From NCBI GenBank assembly GCA_964016885.1, contig OZ024743.1, positions 131,192,001 through 131,256,000 on the forward strand: 64,000 nucleotides of DNA, in the 5' to 3' direction. Source of the DNA: Eledone cirrhosa. Its lineage: Eukaryota. This document shows, in pieces, positions 22,701 through 35,469 of this stretch. The position numbers and the translations under genes are program-made. Under the pieces are notes generated by a model, which searched no databases, was not told the DNA's origin, and saw only the letters and a program-made list of their open reading frames with translations. Position 1 is the stretch's first letter. Each line of letters starts with the position of its first letter.

Positions 22701-25700
22701 ATGGTGTTTGCTGTTTCGTGTTTGGTGTTTGCTGTTTGGTGTTTGGTCTTTGGTGCTTGGTGTTTGGTGCTTGGTGCTTGGTGTTTGTACTTGTTGCTTG
22801 GTGCTTGATGCTTGGTGATTGGTGTTTGGTGCTTGGTTCTTGGTGTTTGGTGCTTGGTGTTTGGTGCTTGGTGCTTGGTGTTTGGTGCTTGGTGCTTGGT
22901 GTTTGGTGTTTGGTGCTTGGTGCTTGGTTCTTGGTGTTTGGTGCTTGGTGCTTGGTGCTTGGTGTTTGGTGCTTGGTGCTTGGTGTTTGGTGCTTGGTGT
23001 TTGGTGCTTGGTGTTTGGTGCTTGGTGCTTGGTGCTTGGTGCATGGTGCTTGGTGTTTGGTGCTTGGTGTTTGGTGCTTGGTGTTAGGTGTTTGGTGCTT
23101 AGTGCTTGGTGTTTGGTGTTTGGTGCTTGGTGTTTGGTGCTTGGTGCTTGGTGTTTGGTGTTTGGTGCTTGGTGTTTGGTACTTGCTACGTGGTGCTTGG
23201 TGCTTGGTGTTAGGTGTTTGGTGCTTGGTGTGTGGTGTTTGGTTTTTGGTGCTTGGTGCTTGGTGTTTGGTGTTTGGTGCTTGCTGCTGGCTGCTTGGTG
23301 TTTGGTGCTTGGTGATTGGTGCTTGGTGTTTGGTGCTTGGTGTTTGGTGTTTGGTGCTAGGTGCTTGGTGCTTGGTGTTTGGTGCTTGGTGCTTGGTGTT
23401 TGGTGTTTGGTGCTTTGTGCTTGGTGTTTGGTGCTTGGTGCTGGGTGGTTGGTGTTTGGTGCTTGGTGTTTGGTGCTGGGTGCTTGGTGTTTGGTGCTTG
23501 GTGCTTGGTGTTTGTACTTGTTGCTTGGTGCTTGATGCTTGGTGATTGGTGTTTGGTGCTTGGTGCTTGGTGCTTGGTGCTTGGTGTTTGATGCTTGGTG
23601 CTTGGTGTTTGGTGCTTGGTGCTTAGTGTTTGGTGCTAGGTGCTTGGGGTTTGGTGTTTGGTGCTTGGTGCTTGGTGCTTGGTGTTTGGTGCTTGGTGCT
23701 TGGTGCTTGGTCTTTGGTGTTTGGTGTTTAGTTCTTGGTGCTTGGTGCTTGGTGTTTGGTGCTTGGTGCTTGGTGCATTGTGATTAGTGTTTGGTGCTTG
23801 GTGCTTGGGGTTTGGTGTTTGGTGCTTGGTAATTGGTGTTTGGTGCTTGGTGTTTGCTGTTTGCTGTTTGGTGTTTTTGGTGTTTGCTCTTTGCTGTTTG
23901 GTGTCTGCTTTTTGGTGTTTGGTGTTTGCTGTTTGGTGTTTGGTGTTTGGTGTTTGGTCTTTGGTGCTTGGTCTTTGGTGCTTGGTGTTTGGTGCTTGGT
24001 GCTTGGTGTTTGGTGTTTGGTGCTTGGTGCCTGGTGCTTGTTGTTTGGTGATTGGTGCTTGGTGTTTGCTGTTTGGTGTTTGGTGTTTGGTGTTTGCTGT
24101 TTGGTGTTTGGTGCTTGGTGCTTGGTGCTTGGTGTTTGGTGCTTGGTGCTTGGTGTTTGGTGCTTGGTGCTTGGTGTTTGGTGCTTGGTGCCTGGTGCTT
24201 GTTGTTTGGTGATTGGTGCTTGGTGTTTGCTGTTTGGTGTTTGCTGTTTGCTGTTTGCTGTTTGGTGTTTGGTGTTTGCTGTTTGGTGTTTGGTGCTTGG
24301 TGCTTGGTGCTTGGTGTTTGCTGCTTGGTGCTTGGTGTTTGGTGCTTGGTGCTTGATGGTTGGTGTTTGTACTTGGTGCTTGGTGCTTGGTGTTTTGTGC
24401 TTGATTCTTGGTGTTTGGTGCTTGGGGTTTGCTGCTTAGTGCTTGGTGTTTGGTGTTTGGTGCTTGGTGTTTGGTGCTTGGTGCTTGGTGCTTGGTGTTA
24501 GGTGTTTGGTGTTTGGTGTTTCGTGTTTGGTGCTTCATGCTTGGTGCTTGGTGTTTGGTGCTTGGTGCTTGGTGTTTGGTGCTTGGTGCCTGGTGTTTGG
24601 TGCTTGATGCTTGGTGTTTGGTGTTTGGTGCTTGGTGCTTGGTGTTTGGTGTTTGGCGTTTGCTGTTTGCTGTTTGGTGTTTGGTGTTTGCTGTTTGCTG
24701 TTTGGTGTTTGGTGCTGGGTGCTTGGTGTTTGGTGTTTGATGCTTGGTGTTTGATGCTTGGTGCTTGGTGCTTGGTGTTTGGTGTTTGGTGTTTGCTGTT
24801 TGGTGTTTGGTGCTTGGTGCTTGGTGCTTGGTGTTTGGTGCTTGGTGCTTGGTGTTTGGTGCTTGGTGCTTGATGGTTGGTGTTTGTACTTGGTGCTTGG
24901 TGCTTGGTGTTTTGTGCTTGATTCTTGGTGTTTGGTGCTTGGTGTTTGCTGCTTAGTGCTTGGTGTTTGGTGTTTGGTGCTTGGTGTTTGGTGCTTGGTG
25001 CTTGGTGCTTGGTGTTAGGTGTTTGGTGCTTGGTGTTTGGTGTTTGGTGCTTCATGCTTGGTGCTTGGTGTTTGGTGCTTGGTGCTTGGTGTTTGGTGCT
25101 TGGTGCCTGGTGTTTGGTGCTTGATGCTTGGTGTTTGGTGTTTGGTGCTTGGTGTTTGGTGCTTGGTGCTTGGTGCTTGGTGTTAGGTGTTAGGTGTTTG
25201 ATGCTTGGTGTTTGCTGTTTGGTGTTTGTTGTTTGCTGTTTGGTGTTTGGTCTTTGGTGCTTGGTCTTTGGTGCTTGGTGTTTGGTGCTTGGTGCTTGGT
25301 GTTTGGTGTTTGGTGCTTGGTGCCTGGTGCTTGTTGTTTGGTGATTGGTGCTTGGTGTTTGCTGTTCGGTGTTTGTTGTTTGCTGTTTGGTGTTTGGTCT
25401 TTGGTGCTTGGTCTTTGGTGCTTGGTGTTTGGTGCTTGGTGCTTGGTGTTTGGTGTTTGGTGCTTGGTGCCTGGTGCTTGTTGCTTGGTGATTGGTGCCT
25501 GGTGCCTTGTGTTTGGTGCTTGGTGCTTTGTGCTTGGTGTTTGGTGTTTGCTGCTTGGTGTTTGGTGCTTGGTGCTTCGTGCTTGGTGTTTTGTGTTTGG
25601 TGCTTGGTGCTTGGTGTTTGGTGCTTGGTGCTTGGTGCTTGGTGTTTGTACTTGGTGCTTGGTGCTTGGTGTTTGGTTCTTGGTTCTTGGTGTTTGGTAC

Positions 25701-28700
25701 TTGGTGCTTGGTGCTTGGTGCTTGGTGTTTGGTGCTTGGTGTTTGGTGCTTGGTGCTTGGTGTTTGGTGCTTGGTGTTTGGTGCTTGGTGCTTGGTATTT
25801 GGTGTTTGGTGTTTGGTGTTTGCTGTTTGCTGTTTGGTGTTTGGTGTTTGCTGTTTGCTGTTTGGTGTCTGCTTTTTGGTGTTTGGTGTTTGCTGTATGG
25901 TGTTTGCTGTTTGGTGTTTGGTGTTTGCTGTTTGGTGTTTGGTCTTTGGTGCTTGGTGTTTGGTGCTTGGTGCTTGGTGTTTGGTGTTTGGTGCTTGGTG
26001 CTTGGTGTTTGGTGTTTGGTGCTTGGTGCTTGGTGTCTGGTGCTTGGTGCTTGGTGCTTGGTGTTTGGTGTTTGGTGTTTGGTGCTTGGTGCTTGGTGCT
26101 TGGTGTTTGGTGCTTGGTGTTTGGCGTTTGGTGCTTGTTGCTTGGTGCTTGGTGTTTGGTGCTTGGTGCTTGGTGCTGGGTGCTGGGTGCTTGGTCTTTG
26201 GTGCTTGGTGTTTGGTGTTTGGTGCTTGGTGCTTGGTGCTTGGTGTTTGGTGCTTGGTGATTAGTGTTTGGTGCTTGGTGCTTGGGGTTTGGTGTTTGGT
26301 GCTTGGTGCTTGGTGTTTGGTGCTTGGTACTTGGTGTTTGGTGCTTGGTGTTTGGTGTTTGCTGTTTGGTGTTTGGTGTTTGGTGTTTGGTGTTTGCTGT
26401 TTGGTGTCTGCTTTTTGGTGTTTGGTGTTTGCTGTATGGTGTTTGCTGTTTCGTGTTTGGTGTTTGCTGTTTGCTGTTTGGTGTTTGGTGTTTGCTGTTT
26501 GGTGTTTGGTCTTTGGTGCTTGGTGATTGGTGCTTGGTGTTTGGTGTTTGGTGCTTGGTGTTTGGTTTTTGGTGCTTGGTGCTTGGTGCTTGGTGTTTGG
26601 TGTTTGGTGCTTGGTGCTTGGTGCTTGGTGTTTGGTGCTTGGTGCTTGGTGTTTGGTGCTGGGTGCTTGGTGTTTGGTGCTTGGTGCTTGGTGCTTGGTG
26701 TTTGGTGCTGGGTGCTTGGTGTTTGGTGTTCGGTGTTATATGCTTGGTGTTTGATGCTTGGTGCTTGGTGCTTGTTGTTTGGTGTTTGGTGTTTGGTGTT
26801 TGATGCTTGGTGTTTGATGCTTGGTGCTTGTTGCCTGGTGTTTGGTGCTTGGTGTTTGTACTTGGTGCTTGGTTCTTTGTGTTTGGTGCTTGGTGCTTGG
26901 TGCTTTGTGTTTGGTGCTTGGTGTTTGGAGCTTGGTGTTTGGTGCTTGGTGCCTGGTGCTTGGTGCTTGGTGCTTGGTGTTTGGTGCTTGGTGTTTGGTG
27001 CTTGGTGTTAGGTGTTTGGTGCTTGGTGCTTGGTGTTTGGTGTTTGGTGCTTGGTGTTTGGTGCTTGGTGCTTGGTGTTTGGTGTTTGGTGCTTGGTGTT
27101 TGGTGCTTGGTACTTGGTGCTTGGTGTTAGGTGTTTGGTGCTTGGTGCTTGGTGTTTGGTTTTTGGTGCTTGGTGCTTGGTGTTTGGTGTTTGGTGCTTG
27201 CTGCTGGCTGCTTGGTGCTTGGTGATTGGTGCTTGGTGTTTGGTGCTTGGTGTTTGGTGTTTGGTGTTTGGTGCTTGGTGCTTGGTGTTTGGTGCTTGGT
27301 GCTGGGTGGTTGGTGTTTGGTGCTTGGTGTTTGGTGCTGGGTGCTTGGTGTTTGGTGCTTGGTGCTTGGTCTTTGGTGCTTGGTGTTTGGTGTTTGGTGG
27401 TTGCTGCTTGGTGTTTGGTTCTTGGTGCTTGGTGTTTGGTGCTTGGTGCTTAGTGTTTGGTGCTATGTGCTTGGGGTTTGGTGTTTGGTGCTTGGTGTTT
27501 GGTGCTTGGTGCTTGGTATTTGGTGTTTGCTGTTTACTGTTTGGTGTTTGTTGTTTGGTGTTTGTTGTTTGGTGTTTGTTGTTTGGTGTTTGTTGTTTGG
27601 TGTTTGCTGTTTGGTGTTTGGTGTTTGTTGTTTGGTGTTTGCTGTTTGGTGTCTGCTTTTTGGTGTTTGGTGTTTGCTGTATGTTGTTTGCTGTTTGGTG
27701 TTTGGTGTTTGGTATTTGGTGTTTGGTGCTTGGTGCTTGGTGTTTGGTGCTTGGTGCTTGGTGTTTGGTGCCTGGTGCTTGGTGCTTGGTGTTTGGTGTT
27801 TGGTGCTTGGTGCTTGGTGCTTGGAGTTTGGTGTTTGGTGCTTGTTGCTTGGTGTTTTGTGTTTGGTGTTTGGTTTTTGGTGCTTGGTGCTTGGTGCTTG
27901 GTCCTTGGTGTTTGGTGCTGGGTGCTTTGTGTTTGGTGCTTGGTGCTTCGTGCTTGGTGTTTGGTGTTTGCTTCTTGGTGTTTGGTGCTTGGTGCTTGGT
28001 GCTTGGTGTTTTGTGTTTGGTGCTTGGTGCTTGGTGTTTGTACTTGGTGCTTGGTGCTTGGTGTTTGGTTCCTGGTTCTTGGTGTTTGGTACTTGGTGCT
28101 TGCTGCTTGGTGCTTGGTGTTTGGTGCTTGGTGTTTGGTGCTTGGTGCTTGGTGTTTGGTGCTTGGTGTTTGGTGTTTGGTGCTTGGTGTTTGGTGTTTG
28201 GTGTTTGGTGTTTGCTGTTTGCTGTTTGGTGTCTGCTTTTTGGTGTTTGGTGTTTGCTGTATGGTGTTTGCTGTTTCGTGTTTGGTGTTTGCTGTTTGGT
28301 GTTTGGTCTTTGGTGCTTGGTGTTTGGTGCTTGGTGCTTGGTGTTTGGTGTTTGGTGCTTGGTGCTTGGTGTTTGGTGTTTGGTGCTTGGTGCTTGGTGC
28401 TTGGTGTTTGGTGTTTGGTGCTTGGTGTCTGGTGCTTGGTGTTTGGTGCTTGGTGTTTGGTGTCTGGTGTTTGGTGCTTGGTGCTTGGTGTTTGGTGTTT
28501 GGTGCTTGGTGTTTGGTGTTTGGTGTTTGGTGCTTGTTGCTTGGTGCTTGGTGTTTGGTGCTTGGTGCTTGGTGTTTGGTGTTATATGCTTGGTGTTTGA
28601 TGCTTGGTGCTTGGTGTTTGGTGTTTGATGCTTGGTGCTTGATGCTTGGTGCTTGGTGCTTGGTGTTTGGTGCTTGGTGCTTGGTGTTTGTACTTGTTGC

Positions 28701-31700
28701 TTGGTGCTTGATGCTTGGTGATTGGTGTTTGGTGCTTGGTGTTTGGTGCTTGGTGCTTGGTGTTTGGTGCTTGGTGCTTGGTGTTTGGTGTTTGGTGCTT
28801 GGTGCTTGGTTCTTGGTGTTTGGTGCTTGGTGCTTGGTGCTTGGTGTTTGGTGCTTGGTGCTTGGTGTTTGGTGCTTGGTGTTTGGTGCTTGGTGTTTGG
28901 TGCTTGGTGCTTGGTGCTTGGTGCATGGTGCTTGGTGTTTGGTGCTTGCTGTTTGGTACTTGGTGTTAGGTGTTTGGTGCTTAGTGCTTGGTGTTTGGTG
29001 TTTGGTGCTTAGTGTTTGGTGCTTGGTGCTTGGTGTTTGGTGTTTGGTGCTTGGTGTTTGGTGCTTGCTACGTGGTGCTTGGTGCTTGGTGTTAGGTGTT
29101 TGGTGCTTGGTGTGTGGTGTTTGGTTTTTGGTGCTTGGTGCTTGGTGTTTGGTGTTTGGTGCTTGCTGCTGGCTGCTTGGTGTTTGGTGCTTGGTGATTG
29201 GTGCTTGGTGTTTGGTGCTTGGTGTTTGGTGTTTGGTGCTAGGTGCTTGGTGCTTGGTGTTTGGTGCTTGGTGCTTGGTGTTTGGTGTTTGGTGCTTTGT
29301 GCTTGGTGTTTGGTGCTTGGTGCTGGGTGGTTGGTGTTTGGTGCTTGGTGTTTGGTGCTGGGTGCTTGGTGTTTGGTGCTTGGTGCTTGGTGTTTGTACT
29401 TGTTGCTTGGTGCTTGATGCTTGGTGATTGGTGTTTGGTGCTTGGTGCTTGGTGCTTGGTGCTTGGTGTTTGATGCTTGGTGCTTGGTGTTTGGTGCTTG
29501 GTGCTTAGTGTTTGGTGCTAGGTGCTTGGGGTTTGGTGTTTGGTGCTTGGTGCTTGGTGCTTGGTGTTTGGTGCTTGGTGCTTGGTGCTTGGTCTTTGGT
29601 GTTTGGTGTTTAGTTCTTGGTGCTTGGTGCTTGGTGTTTGGTGCTTGGTGCTTGGTGCATTGTGATTAGTGTTTGGTGCTTGGTGCTTGGGGTTTGGTGT
29701 TTGGTGCTTGGTAATTGGTGTTTGGTGCTTGGTGTTTGCTGTTTGCTGTTTGGTGTTTTTGGTGTTTGCTCTTTGCTGTTTGGTGTCTGCTTTTTGGTGT
29801 TTGGTGTATGCTGTTTGGTGTTTGGTGTTTGGTGTTTGGTCTTTGGTGCTTGGTCTTTGGTGCTTGGTGTTTGGTGCTTGGTGCTTGGTGTTTGGTGTTT
29901 GGTGCTTGGTGCCTGGTGCTTGTTGTTTGGTGATTGGTGCTTGGTGTTTGCTGTTTGGTGTTTGGTGTTTGGTGTTTGCTGTTTGGTGCTTGGTGCTTGG
30001 TGCTTGGTGTTTGGTGCTTGGTGCTTGGTGTTTGGTGCTTGGTGCTTGGTGTTTGGTGCTTGGTGCCTGGTGCTTGTTGTTTGGTGATTGGTGCTTGGTG
30101 TTTGCTGTTTGGTGTTTGGTGTTTGCTGTTTGCTGTTTGGTGTTTGGTGCTGGGTGCTTGGTGTTTGGTGTTTGATGCTTGGTGTTTGATGCTTGGTGCT
30201 TGGTGCTTGGTGTTTGGTGTTTGGTGTTTGGTGTTTGGTGTTTGGTGCTTGGTGCTTGGTGCTTGGTGTTTGGTGCTTGGTGCTTGGTGTTTGGTGCTTG
30301 GTGCTTGATGGTTGGTGTTTGTACTTGGTGCTTGGTGCTTGGTGTTTTGTGCTTGATTCTTTGTGTTTGGTGCTTGGGGTTTGCTGCTAAGTGCTTGGTG
30401 TTTGGTGTTTGGTGCTTGGTGTTTGGTGCTTGGTGCTTGGTGCTTGGTGTTAGGTGTTTGGTGCTTGGTGTTTGGTGTTTGGTGCTTCATGCTTGGTGCT
30501 TGGTGTTTGGTGCTTGGTGCTTGGTGTTTGGTGCTTGGTGCCTGGTGTTTGGTGCTTGATGCTTGGTGTTTGGTGTTTGGTGCTTGGTGCTTGGTGTTTG
30601 GTGTTTGGCGTTTGCTGTTTGCTGTTTGGTGTTTGGTGTTTGCTGTTTGCTGTTTGGTGTTTGGTGCTGGGTGCTTGGTGTTTGGTGTTTGATGCTTGGT
30701 GTTTGATGCTTGGTGCTTGGTGCTTGGTGTTTGGTGTTTGGTGTTTGCTGTTTGGTGTTTGGTGCTTGGTGCTTGGTGCTTGGTGTTTGGTGCTTGGTGC
30801 TTGGTGTTTGGTGCTTGGTGCTTGATGGTTGGTGTTTGTACTTGGTGCTTGGTGCTTGGTGTTTTGTGCTTGATTCTTGGTGTTTGGTGCTTGGTGTTTG
30901 CTGCTTAGTGCTTGGTGTTTGGTGTTTGGTGCTTGGTGTTTGGTGCTTGGTGCTTGGTGCTTGGTGTTAGGTGTTTGGTGCTTGGTGTTTGGTGTTTGGT
31001 GCTTCATGCTTGGTGCTTGGTGTTTGGTGCTTGGTGCTTGGTGTTTGGTGCTTGGTGCCTGGTGTTTGGTGCTTGATGCTTGGTGTTTGGTGTTTGGTGC
31101 TTGGTGTTTGGTTCTTGGTGCTTGGTGCTTGGTGTTAGGTGTTAGGTGTTTGATGCTTGGTGTTTGCTGTTTGGTGTTTGTTGTTTGCTGTTTGGTGTTT
31201 GGTCTTTGGTGCTTGGTCTTTGGTGCTTGGTGTTTGGTGCTTGGTGCTTGGTGTTTGGTGTTTGGTGCTTGGTGCCTGGTGCTTGTTGTTTGGTGATTGG
31301 TGCTTGGTGTTTGCTGTTTGGTGTTTGGTGTTTGGTGTTTGCTGTTTTGTGTTTGGTGCTTGGTGCTTGGTGCTTGGTGTTTGGTGCTTGGTGCTTGGTG
31401 TTTGGTGCTTGGTGCTTGATGCTTGGTGTTTGTACTTGGTGCTTGGTGCTTGGTGTTTTGTGCTTGATTCTTGGTGTTTGGTGCTTGGTGTTTGGTGCTT
31501 AGTGCTTGGTGTTTGGTGTTTGGTGCTTGGTATTTGGTGCTTGGTGCTTGGTGCTTGGTGTTAGGTGTTTGGTGCTTGGTGTTTGGTGTTTGGTGCTTCA
31601 TGCTTGGTGCTTGGTGTTTGGTGCTTGGTGCTTGGTGTTTGGTGCTTGGTGTCTGGTGCATGGTGTTTGGTGCTTGATGCTTGGTGTTTGGTGTTTGGTG

Positions 31701-34700
31701 CTTGGTGTTTGGTGATTGGTGCTTGGTGCTTGGTGTTAGGTGTTAGGTGTTTGGTGATTGGTGCTTGGTGTTTGGTGCTTGGTGTTTGATGTTTGGTGCT
31801 TGTTGCTTGGTGTTTGGTGCTTGGTGTTTGGTGCTTGGTACTTGGGGCTCGGTGTTTGGTGCTTGGTGCTTGGTGTTTGGTGCTTGGTGTTTGGTGTTTG
31901 GTGCTTGGTGCTTGGTGCTTGGTGCTTGGTGCTGGGTGGTTGGTGTTTGGTGCTTGGTGCTTGGTGTTTGGTGCTTGGTGCTTGGTGTTTGGTGCTTGGC
32001 GCTTGGTGCTTGGTCTTTGGTGCTTGGTGATTAGTGTTTGGTGCTTGGTGCTTGGGGTTTGGTGTTTGGTGCTTGGTGCTTGGTGTTTGGTGCTTGGTGC
32101 TTGGTGTTTGGTGCTTGGTGTTTGGTTTTTGCTGTTTGGTGTTTGGTGTTTGCTGTTTGCTGTTTGCTGTTTGGTGTCTGCTTTTTGGTGTTTGGTGTTT
32201 GCTGTATCGTGTTTGCTGTTTCGTGTTTATTGTTTGCTGTTTGGTGTTTGGTGTTTGGTGTTTGGTGTTTCCTGTTTGGTGTTTAGTGTTTGGTGCTTGG
32301 TGTTTGGTGCTTGGTGCTTGGTGTTTGGTGTTTGGTGCTTGGTGCTTGGTGTTTTGTGCTTGGTGCTTGTTGTTTGGTGATTGGTGTTTGGTGCTTGGTG
32401 TTTGGTGTTTGGTGCTTGGGGCTTGGTGTTTGGTGCTGCGTGCTTGGTGCTTGGTGCTTGGTGCTTGGTGCTTGGTGTTTGGTGTTTGATGATTGGTGTT
32501 TGGTGTTTGGTGTTTGGTGCTTGGTGCTTGGTGTTTGGTGTTTGATGCTTGCTGCTTGATGCTTGGTGCTTGGTGCTTGGTGTTTGGTGCTTGGTGCTTG
32601 GTACTTGGTGTTTGGTTCTTGGTGTTTGCTGTTTGCTGTTTGGTGTTTGGTGTTTGCTGTTTGCTGTTTGGTCTCTGCTTTTTGGTGTTTGTTGTTTGCT
32701 CTATGGTGTTTGCTGTTTCATGTTTGGTGTTTGCTGTTTGGTGTTTGTTGTTTGGTGTTTGGTGCTTGGTGTTTGGTGCTTGGTGCTTGGTGTTTGGTGC
32801 TAGGTGCTTGGTGCTTGGTGCTTGGTGTTTGGTGTTTGGTGCTTGGTACTTGGGGCTTGGTGTTTGGTGCTTGGTGCTTCGTGCTTGGTGTTTGGTGCTT
32901 GGTGCTTGGTGTTTGGTGTTTGGTGCTTGGTGCCTGGTGCTTGTTGTTTGGTGATTGGTGCTTGGTGTTTGCTGTTTGGTGCTGCGTGCTTGGTGCTTGG
33001 TGCTCGGTGCTTGGTGCTTGGTGTTTTGTGTTTGGTGTTTGATGCTTGGTGTTTGGTGTTTGGTGCTTGGTGCTTGGTGTTTGGTGTTTGATGCTTGGTG
33101 CTTGATGCTTGGTGCTCGGTGCTTGGTGTTTGGTGCTTGGTGCTTGGTGTTTGTACTTGGTGTTTGGTGCTTGGTGTTTGGTGCTTGGTGCTTGGTGTTT
33201 GGTGCTTGGTGCTTGGTGTTTGGTGTTTGGTGCTTGGTGTTTGGTGCTTGGTGCTTGGTGTTTGGTGCTTGGTGCTTGGTGTTTGGTGTTTGGTGCTTGG
33301 TGTTTGGTGCTTGGTGCTTGGTGTTAGGTGTTAGGTGTTTGGTGCTTGGTGCTTGGTGCTTGGTGTTTGGTGTTTGGTGTTTGGTGCTTGCTGCTTGCTG
33401 CTTGGTGTTTGGTGCTTGGTGATTGGTGCTTGGTGTTTGGTGCTTGGTGCTTGGTGTTTGGTGCTAGGTGCTTGGTGCTGGGTGCTTGGTGTTTGGTGCT
33501 TGGTGCTTGGTCTTTGGTGCTTGGTGTTTGGTGTTTGGTGCTTGGTACTTGGGGCTTGGTGTTTGGTGCTTGGTGCTTCGTGTTTGGTGTTTGGTGCTTG
33601 GTGCTTGGTGTTTGGTGCTTGGTGTTTGGTGCTTGGTGCTTGGTGCTGTGTGGTTGGCGTTCGGTGCTTGGTGCTTGGTGTTTGGTGCTTGGTGCTTGGT
33701 GCTTGGTGTTTGGTGATTGGTGTTTGGTGTTTGGTGCTTGGTGCTTGGTGTTTGGTGCTTGGTGCTTGGTGATTAGTGTTTGGTGCTTGGTGCTTGGGGT
33801 TTGGTGTTTGGTGCTTGGTGCTTGGTGCTTGGTGCTTGGTTCTTGGTGTTAGGTGCTTGGTGCTTGGTGCTTGGTGTTTGGTGCTTGGTGCTTGGTGTTT
33901 GGTGCTTGGTGTTTGGTGCTTGGTGTTTGGTGCTTGGTGCTTGGTGCTTGGTGCATGGTGCTTGGTGTTTGGTGCTTGGTGTTTGGTGCTTGGTGTTAGG
34001 TGTTTGGTGCTTGGTGCTTGGTGTTTGGTGTTTGGTGCTTGGTATTTGGTGCTTGGTGCTTGGTGTTTGGTGTTTGGTGCTTGGTGTTTGGTGCTTGCTA
34101 CGTGGTGCTTGGTGCTTGGTGTTAGGTGTTTTGTGCTTGGTGCGTGGTGTTTGGTTTTTGGTGCTTGGTGCTTGGTGTTTGGTGTTTGGTGCTTGCTGCT
34201 GGCTGCTTGGTGTTTGGTGCTTGGTGATTGGTGCTTGGTGATTGGTGCTTGGTGTTTGGTGCTTGGTGTTTGGTGTTTGGTGCTAGGTGCTTGTTGTTTG
34301 GTGTTTGGTGCTTGGTGCTTGGTGTTTGGTGTTTGGTGCTTGGTGCTTGGTGTTTGGTGCTTGGTGCTGGGTGGTTGGTGTTTGGTGCTTGGTGTTTGGT
34401 GCTGGGTGCTTGGTGTTAGGTGCTTGGTGCTTGGTCTTTCGTGCTTGGTGTTTGGTGTTTGGTGCTTGGTGCTTGGTGCTTGGTGTTTGGTGCTTGGTGC
34501 TTGGTGTTTGGTGCTTGGTGCTTGGTGTTTGGTGCTTGGTGATTAGTGTTTGGTGCTTGGTGCTTGGGGTTTGGTGTTTGGTGCTTGGTGCTTGGTGTTT
34601 GGTGCTTGGTACTTGGTGTTTGGTGCTTGGTGTTTGGTGTTTGCTGTTTGGTGTTTGGTGTTTGCTGTTTGATGTTTGCTGTTTGGTGTCTGCTTTTTGG

Positions 34701-35469
34701 TGTTTGGTGTTTGCTGTATGGTGTTTGCTGTTTCGTGTTTGGTGTTTGCTGTTTGGTGTTTGGTGTTTGCTGTTTGGTGTTTGGTCTTTGGTGCTTGGTG
34801 TTTGGTGCTTGGTGTTTGGTGTTTGGTGCTTGGTGCTTGGTGTTTGGTATTTGGTGCTTGGTGCTTGGTGCTTGGTGTTTGGTGTTTGGTGCTTGGTGCT
34901 TGGTGCTTGGTGTTTGGTGCTTGGTGCTTGGTGTTTGGTGCTGGGTGCTTGGTGTTTGGTGCTTGGTGCTTGGTGCTTGGTGTTTGGTGCTGGGTGCTTG
35001 GTGTTTGGTGTTTGGTGTTATATGCTTGGTGTTTGATGCTTGGTGCTTGGTGCTTGTTGTTTGGTGTTTGGTGCTTGGTGTTTGATGCTTGGTGTTTGAT
35101 GCTTGGTGCTTGGTGCTTGGTGGTTGGTGCTTGGTGCTTGGTGTTTGTACTTGGTGCTTGGTGCTTGGTTCTTTGTGTTTGGTGCTTGGTGCTTGGTGCT
35201 TGGTGCTTTGTGTTTGGTGCTTGGTGTTTGGTGCTTGGTGTTTGGTGCTTGGTGCCTGGTACTTTGGTGCTTGGTGCTTGGTGTTTGGTGCTTGGTGTTT
35301 GGTGCTTGGTGTTAGGTGTTTTGTGCTTGGTGCTTGGTGTTTGGTGTTTGGTGCTTGGTGTTTGGTGCTTGGTGCTTGGTGTTTGGTGTTTGGTGCTTGG
35401 TGTTTGGTGCTTGGTACTTGGTGCTTGGAGCTTGGTGTTAGGTGTTTGGTGCTTGGTGTTTGGTTTTTG

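Larger units (their letters stand above)
14350..31330. repeat. About three tandem copies of a 5.4-5.9 kb higher-order repeat
   Basis: Constant 5448 offset across about 17305-21400 (17364/22812, 18287/23735, 19296/24744, 20816/26264, 21359/26807). Other offsets: 5910 (14906/20816, 15169/21079), 5882-5952 (23361/29243, 23735/29617, 24744/30696, 25194/31146) and 11351 (15661/27012, 16106/27457). Marker cattgtgattag at about 18328, 23776 and 29658. Confidence 0.9.
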
